Source: Octopus vulgaris (Eukaryota). Taken from it: a stretch of 64,000 nucleotides of DNA. Numbering within the stretch: the stretch's first letter is position 1; every line of letters begins with the position of its first letter. The notes beneath the pieces are model-generated. The model worked only from the letters and a program-made list of their open reading frames with translations, was not told the origin of the DNA and did no database searches. Positions 53,500 through 64,000 of the stretch are shown one piece after another. The position numbers were made by a program, and so were the translations under genes. The stretch lies in contig OX597817.1 of assembly GCA_951406725.2 (NCBI GenBank), positions 157,728,001 to 157,792,000 of the forward strand, in the 5' to 3' direction.

Positions 53500-53735
53500 C
53501 CCAGAGATGTCATCATGTGTAGAGTTGACCTGGCTCACCAGTGTTCCCATCGCTGGTGTTCCCATGCCAGCCCCTCTGCGTCCTCCAAGGCAATGTCAAG
53601 CCTCTGGAGATCTTCCTTAATGATGTCCAGCCCTCTAGTACAGGGCCTGCCAAGATATCTCTTCCAGCCTGCAACTGCTGCGTTGAATGAGAGCAAAGCC
53701 ATGGTAGGATGATCTAGCAGGAAATGGAACACATG
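53500..53735 (-). pseudogene. Non-LTR (RTE-like) RT C-terminal remnant
   Basis: GWKRYLGRPCTRGLDIIKEDL...LAWEHQRW. Confidence 0.55.
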
Positions 53736-54091
53736 TCTGTAACAGTGCTTGCGATAAATAGCTACGAGGTAGAAGGCTGCAGGCTAATGTGTATGTGCAT
53801 GCAGTTCTTTAATTGAAATGTGATGCTATATGACTATAATTTTATTTTTGATGGCTTAGTCACAGAAGAAACGGTTATGCTCATGACCCTTGTGGGGTCT
53901 CTAAGACTGTTGGAAGAAAAAGAAGAAGCAATACATCAAAATATTGCATTATTCATAAACCAGAATCCTGGGGTCAAATGTTTGCAACAGAATTTGATTC
54001 TGCTAAAGCCACTGAAGAATCAGGTGGTTGTGTTAAACTAGAAGACAAATTAAGGTTATCACTAATGAGTTCATCTTTTATGCATCATAAG

Positions 54092-54800
54092 TGTAGGTGT
54101 AGCAGTGTTGCTGAGAAGATTGCTTTCTAGCCATGTGGTCTTGGTTTCAGTCCCATTGTGTGGCACCTTGGGCAAGTGTCTACTACTATAGCCTCAAGCT
54201 GACAAAAGCCCTGTGAGTGAATCTGGCCAATGGAAACTGAAAGAAGCCCATTCTGTGTGTGTGTGTGTTTATATATCATCATCGTTTAACATCCACTTTC
54301 CATGCTGGCATGGGTTGGACGGTTTGACTGGGGACTGGTGAGCCAGATGGTTGCACCAGGCTCCAATCTGATCTGCTAGAGTTTCTACAGCTGGATGTCC
54401 TTCCTAATGCCAACCACTCCGAGACTGTAGTGGGTGCTTTTATGTGCCACCGGCACGATATATATATATATTTATACACACACATGATAGGCTTCTTATA
54501 TATGTGTGTATGCATATATATATATATATGTGTGTGTGTGTGTATATACATACATACATATACATATATATATGCATATATCTATGTGTATCTTTCTTTT
54601 AGTGTGATGTTTGTCCTACCACCACTTGACAATTGATGTTGGTTTGTTTATGTCCCTGCAACTTAGCACTTTGGTAAAAGAGAGTGAGGGGATAAGTACC
54701 AAGCTTTAAAAATAAGTACTTGGGTGAATTTGTTTGAGTTGGTCCTTCAAAATGGTGCTCAACTTGGCTGCAGTATAATGACTGAAATGAGTAAAAGACA
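54092..54800 (+). mobile_element. Old SINE family C with a family D copy (54275-54457, minus) inserted in its microsatellite
   Basis: Both halves match family C; the insert matches family D. Confidence 0.75.
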
Positions 54801-55651
54801 AACGATGAAAAAATATTGCAGTGAGTTTATTCCATCGAAAAGATAAGCTTTGAATTTTTCTGATTTCAATAATGTTTTGTTTTAAGATACTCATCATCAT
54901 CATTCTTATCATCATTATCATCATCATTTAATGTCCGTTGTCCATGCTGGCATGGGTTGGACGTTTTGACCAGGGCTGGCAAGCTGAAGGACCACACCAG
55001 ACTCCAGTTTGATTTGGTATGGTTTCTACGACTGGATGCCCTTAGTCTGAAGTGGCGAGACAAATCTCGTAGCATTTTAAGGTTACCCCTATGTGCAGAT
55101 GTGTATGTCCGTGTGTGTTTGTTGGAGGAAAACCTGTGGGGATTTGTAGAGTTAATATTCAGTGTATGCATATATATATATATATGTGTGTGTGTGTGTT
55201 GATACATTGCAGGTGAACACATATATATATGCAAAGGATCTATGTAGATATCTTACACTTTGTATAGAGAATGATTTTCAATGTGAGGCATACGCCCCCC
55301 ACCGATGGAGCCTGGGAAAATTGTGGTGGGGCATGGTGCCATAGATGTCAGGCACAAGATGCTCATTAAAGTGATTCTACACTTTATATAGAGCAGTGAT
55401 TCTCAATGTGGAGCAAGCCCCACTGGTGGGAAAATTGTGATAGGGCATGGTGCCATAGTTGTTAGGCACAAGATGCTCATTAAAATGATTCACTTTCTTT
55501 TTCTTAGTCAATAATGTATTACTTTTTATACTCAGTACTTAATAAAAGAGTTATTGGTAGATTCTTTAGTGTTGAATAATTGTGATAAAATATTAGAAAT
55601 AAAGTTGGGGCATACATTTTTCTGGAAAGTTATAGTGGGACCAGGGAGAAA

Positions 55652-55912
55652 ATCATCATCATCATCGTTTAACGTCCGTTTTCCATGCTAGCATGGGTTG
55701 GATGGTTCGACTGGGGTCTTGGAAGCCAGGAGGCTGCACCAGGCTCCAGTCTGATCTGGCAGTTTCTACAGCTGGATGCCCTTCCTAACGCCAACCACTC
55801 CGTGAGTGTAGTGGGCGCTTTTTACATGCCACCGGCACAGGGGCCAGAGGAGGCTGGCAAACGGCCACGGTCGGTTGGTGCTTTTTACATGTCACCAACA
55901 CGGACGCCAGTC
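55652..55912 (-). mobile_element. Family D tail
   Basis: (CAT)n start followed by the reverse-complement tail. Confidence 0.87.
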
Positions 55913-57090
55913 CAGCGCTTGGAAAGCACTGGTACAGAGCTATAAGGTGTTTAAAACTGAAAAATTAAAAATCAGCAAATAAATTATTACTAGATCACAT
56001 GTTCTTAATGTTAGATATTATAAGATATGAAGGTGACACCTTAGTTTTTAGGGTTACACTCACAATCACAAGATTGTGATCTGATTCCCAGATAGGTGAC
56101 GTGTTGCATTTCTAGGCAAAACATTTTATTTCATTTTGCTCCAGTCCACTCAGCTGTTACCCCATGATGGACCGGCATTCTGTTGGAGGGGAATGTTGGC
56201 CTGTTCACCTAGGTAGTGGATGGTATCATTCAAAAGCTACAACAATGTGAGGAAGCACACTGTGACCAGCAGTATATAACAACATCTGATAAACTGGTTG
56301 ATACAGTGATATTATAAGATAAAGTAAATTTGAAAAGAATTGATCATTTACAATTTTTTTTTTTATCAAGATCTGCAATAAATGATACATATTAAATCGC
56401 TACACATTATCCAAACAAAGAGATATTAAATTAGATGGTTACTTCTATGCCTAGTTTTGTAATCCATTAAGTTTTCATACAAGTACCTAAGTGCCAAGTG
56501 AAATATTTCATCTTCATAGGACACACCAAACTGAAAGAAATAACTTTTCTTTAGGTAACATTCATAGCAAAATTTGAACTCAATATTCCAAGTTAATGAA
56601 TGACCTGTGAATTATGCAGGGCTCCAACAGCTTCAGGAACTGAAACACAAGTTTTTTAGATATTTGTGTGCTTTTCTCTCCCATAACGAAATTGAATGTA
56701 ATTTCTGTCTCTTGACAATGTATTGTTACATGAAACACAATTGTTGTGTGGCCAAGGTACTGAACAACTGACGACATAGTTATAGTAATCTTACCAGTAA
56801 ATTAAAATTACTATAACTAACAGTAATATTCATGAATAATATCGACATTTATATAACTATACCCAACCTAGCTAAGGTACATAACTCTGTTTGCCTTTGT
56901 GACAACAGGTTCCATCAAGATGCAAAGTTGAGTGATGCAGGTGGGCATGCAGTCATAAAAACATTTGTTCCAATTGACTGGAAGAATAATTGTAAAACAA
57001 CAAAATGAAAACAATTAATAAATAATTCTTATAACATTAACTGCATGGTGCATAAATTTTTATGCCTTGTTTGTTCTCATACATAAAAGG

Positions 57091-58259
57091 TAAGTGTTTG
57101 ACCCGAGAAAAAAAATAGTGCAATAGGTGTACCACAACATGTAGTAAACGAATATGAAAAAAAATGCACGCTGGCAAACGGGAGGCGGGGAAGAGGACTC
57201 GGAAAATTCATATTAGGAATGTTCCGAGTCCTCTCACCACTTCCCCGCCCGTCGGCGAAATTTGTTTCTCTTCATATTCATTCGTTTACTACACATTATT
57301 TTACACCTAGTACACTATTTATCAATTTTTTTTCCATTATTTTTGTGACGGGGAGTGGGTGGGGTGCTGACTCTGATAATTCACACGATCCAGTAACCCC
57401 ACTTCGACACCCGGTCACAAAAATGGAAAAAAAAAATAGTATAATGGTTCCGGGTTCAGTCCCACTGCGTGGCACCTTGGGCAAGTGTCTTCTACTATAG
57501 CCTCGGGCTGACCAAAGCCTTGTGAGTGGATTTGGTAGACGGAAACTAAAAGAAGCCCGTCGTATATATGTATATATATATGTGTGTGTATGTTTGTGTG
57601 TGTGTGTGTATGCTTGTGTGTGTGTGTTTGTCCCCCTAGCATTGTTTGACAACCGATGGTGGTGTGTTTATGTCCCCGTTACTTAGCGGTTCGACAAAAG
57701 AGAGCGATAGAATAAGTACTGGGCTTACAAAAGAATAAGTCCCGGGGTCGAGTTGCTCGATTAAAGGCGGTGCTCCAGCATGGCCGCAGTCAAAATGACT
57801 GAAACAAGGAAAAGAGAAAGAGAAAAGAGAAATAAAAGGTGTAAAACAACATGTAGTAAACGAATATGGGAAAAAAAATGCGAGCTGGTAAACGGGGGAC
57901 GGGGGGAGAGGACTCAGAAAATTCCCACTATTTTTATTTCATTTTTATGACCGGGTGTCGAAGTGGGGGTTACTGGATCGTGTGGATTATCCGAGTCCGC
58001 ACCCCACACAACCCCCGTCACAAAAACTGAAAAAGAAAATAGTGTACTAGGTGTAAAAGAATATATAGTAAACGAATATGAAAAAAAAAAAATTCGCCGA
58101 CGGACGGGGAAGTGGTGAGAATACTCGGAACATTCCCGATGTGAATTTTCCGAATCCCCCCCCCCCACTTTGACAGCGCCCTTTTTTTTATTTTATGTCT
58201 TCGTTTACTACATGTTGTGGTACACCTATTGCACTATTTTTTGGGGGGGGGACACTTTA
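57091..58259. mobile_element. Foldback-type element with ~330-bp imperfect TIRs, interrupted by SINE C (57443-57830)
   Basis: 57091-57440 is the reverse complement of ~57930-58259; internal repeats of catgtagtaaacgaatatg. Confidence 0.8.
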
Positions 58260-59228
58260 GTGTGACCCTTAATTCTGTCAGTCTCCTTTTAAGAATATAT
58301 ATTTAAAATATCTGTTTATAAACATTTCGATCTTTAATCATTACTAATCTTTGATCTAGGACAATTTTTTTCTTAATTTCTTTTTCTCTTTTCGCTCATG
58401 TTTGTGTTTTCGTCGGTTTTGGATCTGTATTTTAATGTGGTTTTATATTATATTTGTGTCATATACAAACGTGCTATATATTATTAACTATTAAATTCAA
58501 ATCTCAATTTTTATGGAATATCTATAAAATAAAACAGACAATAATATATTTAGGAAGAAGGCACCTAATAACGAACACAATGCCAAGTAGACATAAATAT
58601 TTCAGTCAGGAATTCATCTCAGACATTTGATTCTGAATACTCAATTTCGCAAACAAAAGGGTGTGTTCTTATCATTACAAAATGTTAACAGAACTAAATC
58701 TGATGACTAAAAGACCTCCCTCAACTTACATCTTTTGACCGCAGAAATGCAATTTATTAACCACTACATAAATACAAAAAACTTTGAAAGAACGATTGAA
58801 ATGGTTTTGGTTTTTTTTACTCTTTATTGGCCCACAAGAAGATTTGAGTTAAAGATTAACTAATGTAATAACTATTTCATAATTTCCTTTTTTTTTTCAA
58901 GTTGAAATGCGTTTTCATTACTTATTTACAGAAAGGTAAACTTTGTAATTGTGAGTGACGTATATTGGTCAAGGACATGATGCCTTGGTGAAAAATGAAC
59001 TTTCAACCAAGTTTCTGCAGCTCGACAATTGACTGATATACATAAGTATAGGAAATAGGCTGAATGGGTCAAGTACCACACTAAATATGGTATTCAGTTC
59101 TGTCCTATCTTCTAAGTTCAACTTCTGCCAACATTTCTCTGAAATCAATAAGTGCCAGTCATAAACTAGGATCAATTCAATATCAATCACACACACTGAG
59201 AAATGTGGTCGGCATAGTTTCGGTTGTA

Positions 59229-59392
59229 GTAGCACAGATTTCCGTCGATTTCCGTAAAAAACTTTTATTTTTTTACATAAGTAATGAGAGCGAAAGAGAC
59301 TAAGAGGAAGCGATTTTTACATACATACATACATACACACACACACATACATAGATACATACACACACACACATACATACACACACACATAC

Positions 59393-59431
<39 letters not shown>

Positions 59432-59686
59432 CATACACACACACACATACATGCAGACATACATATACACATACACCGAGTAAAAAATTACGATGAATCG
59501 GCCATACATACATACATACACACACACATAATACTGTCTGTCTCCCACACCCATCAAACACACACAGGCCGATTTCAAAGTGAAACCTTCTCGTCATAAA
59601 ATCGCTTCCTCTTAGTCTCTTTCGCTCTCATTACTTATGTAAAAAAATAAAAGTTTTTTACGGAAATCGACGGAAATCTGCGCTAC
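59229..59686. repeat. ~90-bp near-perfect inverted repeat flanking a CA-rich spacer
   Basis: 59229-59318 is the reverse complement of 59597-59686. Confidence 0.9.
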
Positions 59687-60050
59687 GACATGCGAAACTT
59701 CGCCATGTGGTCTTGTGATTCATGTTGTGCGCGGGAGGAAAATGTGATGAAAAGTTTGTTTTAGGTTATACGATTTAGTGAAAGAACTTCGAGAAGAAAC
59801 TAAATCGTAACAGTAACACGGAAGACTATAACATCACAAACTTTTAAAATTTATCAAATTTTTATTGATGTATCATTAGTTTCCCCGGAGTAATATTTTG
59901 CTGCTTTACTTCCGAAGATAATATGAAAATTTCTATTAGAAAACATTCTCTAAAATGTTCCTTGAATTTTTAAATATTTAGAAAGCATAATATGCTTCAA
60001 AGAGGTTTCAGTTTCCGTTGGAAGCTATCATTTTATATACACTGTTAATA

Positions 60051-60545
60051 TCTTTATATATAAAAGTGAAGTTGTGTGTCTGTCTCCTACGATTTAGATT
60101 CCTAACTACTCCCACATTTTGCGGTGCAGTTTAACCAAAACCGGGTATCTTATAGTCGTGATTCATATCGAGCCCTTCTTGGGTATTAGCGCGCGTCTAC
60201 GATGAGTCTACGATTAAAAAAAAATTTACCATAATTTTTTTCCATTTTAATGCATTTTTTCGCTATTATATAAGGGAAGTAACTCTCTAAAAACGTCTAC
60301 GATGAGTCTACGATTTAAAAAAATTTACCATAATTTTTTTCCATTTTAATGCATTTTTTTGCTATTATATAAGGGAAGTAACTCTCTAAAAATGTCTACG
60401 ATGAGCCAACGATTAAAAAAAAATTTACCATAATTTTTTTTCCATTTTTAATGCATTTTAAAACTATTTTTGGCTATAACTCTCTAAAAATGCTTATACA
60501 GTTATTTTCCTTACAAACCCGAGCAACGCCGGGCGATACTGCTAG
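60051..60545 (+). mobile_element. Non-autonomous Helitron (family of 28744)
   Basis: A^TC ... hairpin ... CTAG^T; three internal ~100-bp units versus two in the 28744 copy. Confidence 0.92.
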
Positions 60546-60837
60546 TTTTTCAAATAAAGTTTTCGTACAATAAAATTTGAAATTTCCATTAGAGGAATCT
60601 TTGCAAGAAAAACAAGTGGAAAAGTTACGAGAGAAAAGAAACTCTAAAAAATAATAATAATAATAAAACGACTCCTAATTAATATGTTTTAAGAAACGAC
60701 TCAATAGTCTATCAAAAATATAAAATTACATTTTCAAATACTGGTTCATACCATTTCTAATTTGTTATTATATCATGGTCGAGTTCAAATTACAACCTTT
60801 TTCAATTATGATATAACAAATCTGACAAATTAACTTA

Positions 60838-61790
60838 CGTCTTTCTCTCTCAGACTTCCTTACTCTTTCTCTTACTCTTCAACACCCCTCCCCCTCCGTC
60901 AGAATTTCTTCTCCTTTCTCTCTCGTGCATTGCTCACATTCTATCTATCTCTCTGTATCTCCCTCTCTCACACTTCCTTACTCTTTCTCTTACTCTTCAA
61001 CATCCCTCCCTCCGTCAGAATTTCTTCTCCTTTCTCTCTCGTGCGTTGCTCACATTCTATCTATCTATCTATCTCTCTTTATCTCCCTCTCTGGCACTTC
61101 CTTACTCTTCAACATCCCTCCCTCCGTCAGAATTTCTTCTCCTTTCTCTCTCGTGCGTTGCTCCCATTCTATCTATCTCTCTGTATCTCCCTCTCTCACA
61201 CTTCCTTATTCTTTCTCTTACTCTTCAACACCCCTCCCTCCGTCAGAATTTCTTCTCCTTTCTCTCTCGTGCATTACTTACATTCTATCTATCTCTCTTT
61301 ATCTCCCTCTCTGGCACTTCCTTACTCTTTCTCTTACTCTTCAACATCCTTCCCTCCTTCAGAATTTCTTCTCCTTTCTCTCTCGTGCATTGCTCACATT
61401 CTATCTATCTCTCTTTATCTCCCTCTCTGGCACTTCCTTACTCTTTCTCTTACTCTTCAACATCCTTCCCTCCTTCAGAATTTCTTCTCCTTTCTCTCTC
61501 GTGCATTGCTCACATTCTATTTTTCTCTCTTTATCTCCCTCTCTGGCACTTCCTTACTCTTTCTCTTACTCTTCAACATCCCTCCCTCCGTCAGAATTTC
61601 TTCTCCTTTCTCTCTCGTGCGTTGCTCACATTCTATCTATCTCTCTGTATCTCCCTCTCTCACACTTCCTTATTCTTTCTCTTACTCTTCAACATCCCTC
61701 CCCCTCCGTCAGAATTTCTTCTCCTTTCTCTCTCGTGCGTTACTCACATTCTATCTATCTATCTCTCTTTATCTCCCTCTCCTATATTAC
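60838..61790. repeat. Pyrimidine-rich minisatellite, ~116-bp unit x8
   Basis: tcagaatttcttctcctttctctctcgtgc recurs eight times at 111-118-bp spacing. Confidence 0.95.
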
Positions 61791-62063
61791 TTCTATTCTT
61801 TTACCTTCCCCTCTCACATGAACTCAACAAGCGACGTCACTCCTCCCTTCCTCCTACCAGAAACCAGTAAAGCAAGAGTTATCTAACCCAGGAGGTTGAA
61901 ATATAAACAAACCCCGTTAGCTGCTGCTTGTCCAGTAGACTTATATCAGCGACCTGCTCGTAGTGACAGACAGCTGGCACCCAGCAGGGCTGTTGCTAAA
62001 CCAGTATAATAACAGATATTTATATATATTTGTTGTGTTTTTTGTGTCTGAGAACAAAGGAAA

Positions 62064-63359
62064 ATGGCAGCGAAAGACAAGGAGTTTGATATTGTGATTT
62101 TTGGAGCGAGTGGTTTCACTGGCAAATTTGTTATAGAAGAACTCAGTCGGGTTGCCAACGAACACAACATCAAATGGGCAATTGCAGGAAGAAATATGAA
62201 AAAATTAGAGACAGTCCTGTCGGATGTTACAAATTCCACAGGCCAGGATTATTCCGACATACAGATCTTAATTGCGGATTCCCAGAACTATGAATCTCTT
62301 TTGGAAATGTGTACAAAAGCCAAGTGCCTTATTAACTGCTGTGGCCCTTTTGTTTACCATGGCCTAAAAGTTTTAGAAGCCTGTATCGAATGTAAAACAC
62401 ATCATGTTGACGTTTCTGGAGAACCTTTGTTTCTGGAAAAAGCACAACTTCAATATAACGGTCCTGCTCAGGAAAATGATGTTTATATTGTGGGTTCCTG
62501 TGCTTTCCGCTGCCTACCTATTGACATAGGTATTATGTATACTTCGCAGCAATTTAATGGTGATCTTAATAACGTAGAAGCTTATCTTTCTATCGATGGA
62601 CCGATGAAAGTAGGACTGCCTACATTTGAATGCCAAGTATATGGGTACCAGCACAGGAATGAACTCGGAGCAATAAGAAAATCTTTATTTACAACGAAAA
62701 ACTATGAGTTTCAACACGTGGTAAAGCCTAAAAGTGGTTTGTTTTACGATAAAGATAGCTCCAAATATTGCAGTGTCTGGCCCGATGCCTACAGGTCTGT
62801 CGCTTATCGCTCCCAGAGATTTCTCCAAGATCAGGAAAAGAAACGACCAACTCAGTATGCCTTTTATTTTTGCAATGAGTCACTTATCTTCTTTATCCTC
62901 ATGTTTTTTTCTGGTCTCTGCCTAAGTTTTCTATCAAGGTTCTCTCTTGGAAGGAAGTTGCTCTTGGCTTTCCCGACTTTTTTCAGTGGCGGTCTTGTTA
63001 AAAAAGGCGGACCAACTAAGCAAGAACTAGAAAAATGTTCATTTTCTCTTAAATTTTGTGGCAATGGTTATCCAAGCCGGGTTAAAGAATTAACCGATAC
63101 CCACAGTGATTTGCCAAATAAACCTATTGTTACGAAGATCAATGGACCTGATCCTGGTTACCTTACTACCGCCATTTGTGTCACTCAGGCAGCTATTGTT
63201 ATCCTGGAAGAAAACCAGAAGATGCCTAACAGTGGAGGGGTTTTCACCCCAGCATCTGCTTTTGCTAACACCTCTCTAGTAGAGAGACTTTGCAAACGGA
63301 ATGTAAAATTTCAAACTGTGTCTGCCGACGAGACGAGTCCCGCTGCTGGAGATAATTAA
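62064..63359 (+). CDS. SCCPDH: Saccharopine dehydrogenase-like oxidoreductase, single coding exon
   Basis: 431-aa open frame with good Kozak context (aaaATGG); Rossmann FDIVIFGASGFTG, WAIAGRN, INCCGPF..G..V.EAC, DVSGEP, GPDPGY.TTAI, GGVFTPASAF motifs; length typical of the family. Confidence 0.95.
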   Translation: MAAKDKEFDIVIFGASGFTGKFVIEELSRVANEHNIKWAIAGRNMKKLETVLSDVTNSTGQDYSDIQILIADSQNYESLLEMCTKAKCLINCCGPFVYHGLKVLEACIECKTHHVDVSGEPLFLEKAQLQYNGPAQENDVYIVGSCAFRCLPIDIGIMYTSQQFNGDLNNVEAYLSIDGPMKVGLPTFECQVYGYQHRNELGAIRKSLFTTKNYEFQHVVKPKSGLFYDKDSSKYCSVWPDAYRSVAYRSQRFLQDQEKKRPTQYAFYFCNESLIFFILMFFSGLCLSFLSRFSLGRKLLLAFPTFFSGGLVKKGGPTKQELEKCSFSLKFCGNGYPSRVKELTDTHSDLPNKPIVTKINGPDPGYLTTAICVTQAAIVILEENQKMPNSGGVFTPASAFANTSLVERLCKRNVKFQTVSADETSPAAGDN

Positions 63360-63545
63360 ATAACTCTTTCTTTGCATTTTTTTTTTAATGGCATTTATTT
63401 CTTCTCTACGGCAACTTTAGCAGCCGTCATAAAAAATTAGGATTAGTTGGATGTTTGTGTATGTATGTATGTATGTATGGTGCTTGTTTGCGTAACTTTA
63501 CAAAATAACAGGGAACAGAAAATAGATTTGTTTTTGTTTGAAATG

Positions 63546-63551
63546 AATAAA
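63546..63551 (+). terminator. Candidate polyadenylation signal for SCCPDH
   Basis: AATAAA about 190 bp after the stop codon. Confidence 0.4.
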
Positions 63552-63561
63552 CTCTTTCTCC

Positions 63562-63565
<4 letters not shown>

Positions 63566-63615
<50 letters not shown>

Positions 63616-63618
63616 CTA

Positions 63619-63653
<35 letters not shown>

Positions 63654-63800
63654 ATATATATATATCTATATATATATATCTATATATATATATCTATATA
63701 TATATATCTATATCTATATCTATATCTATATCTATATATATATCTATATCTATATATATATCTATATATATCTATATATATATATATATATATATATATA
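63566..63800. repeat. (CT)n/(CTAT)n/(TA)n compound microsatellite
   Basis: Directly visible. Confidence 0.96.
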
Positions 63801-64000
63801 AGAAATGGAACTTGTTTTTAATAACATTATTAAATAGTAATTAACACTTAGGAGTTTTCAGAGCTATTCAGTTAAATTTCTCGTGTATTTATTAAATATG
63901 CATATATCAGCTGCTTTGATTGTTACACTTTCTGAATTAATCAGGTGGCCGGCGACTGTAAATCTCTTTCACCAATATCAATCCAGCCTTTGTAGCCATT

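Noticed and set aside
60925-61886. Three overlapping 274-318-aa Ser/Leu-rich ORFs
   Set aside because: Open frames of a pyrimidine-rich minisatellite; no domain; non-ATG starts.

Overview
AT-rich, microsatellite- and SINE-dense eukaryotic DNA. The repeat repertoire (tRNA-headed SINEs, RTE LINE tails ending in (GAT)n, Penelope-like remnants) looks molluscan, most likely octopus; this is inference from recall, not a search. There is one convincing intact CDS: an intronless saccharopine dehydrogenase-like oxidoreductase (SCCPDH, 62064-63359 +) with an altered conserved motif, lying just downstream of a ~116-bp pyrimidine-rich minisatellite. The rest is mostly transposon debris: a hAT transposase interrupted by a Helitron and a mariner, a second hAT, RTE, CR1/L2, L1/Tx1-ORF1, Gypsy, RLE-LINE and Helitron-helicase remnants, several MITEs and about 30 SINE or LINE-tail copies. 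Candidate spliced exons of a minus-strand gene or pseudogene lie at about 37-45 kb. The most unusual observations are: (1) a head-to-head palindromic pair of tRNA-headed elements, each ending in a minimal hammerhead-ribozyme motif; (2) a separate hammerhead with an intact core at 41.8 kb; (3) a SINE tetramer inside a single TSD pair whose tail-to-body junction recurs elsewhere; (4) a locally templated inverted copy spanning a transposon junction. Most long ORFs in the supplied track are microsatellite artefacts.
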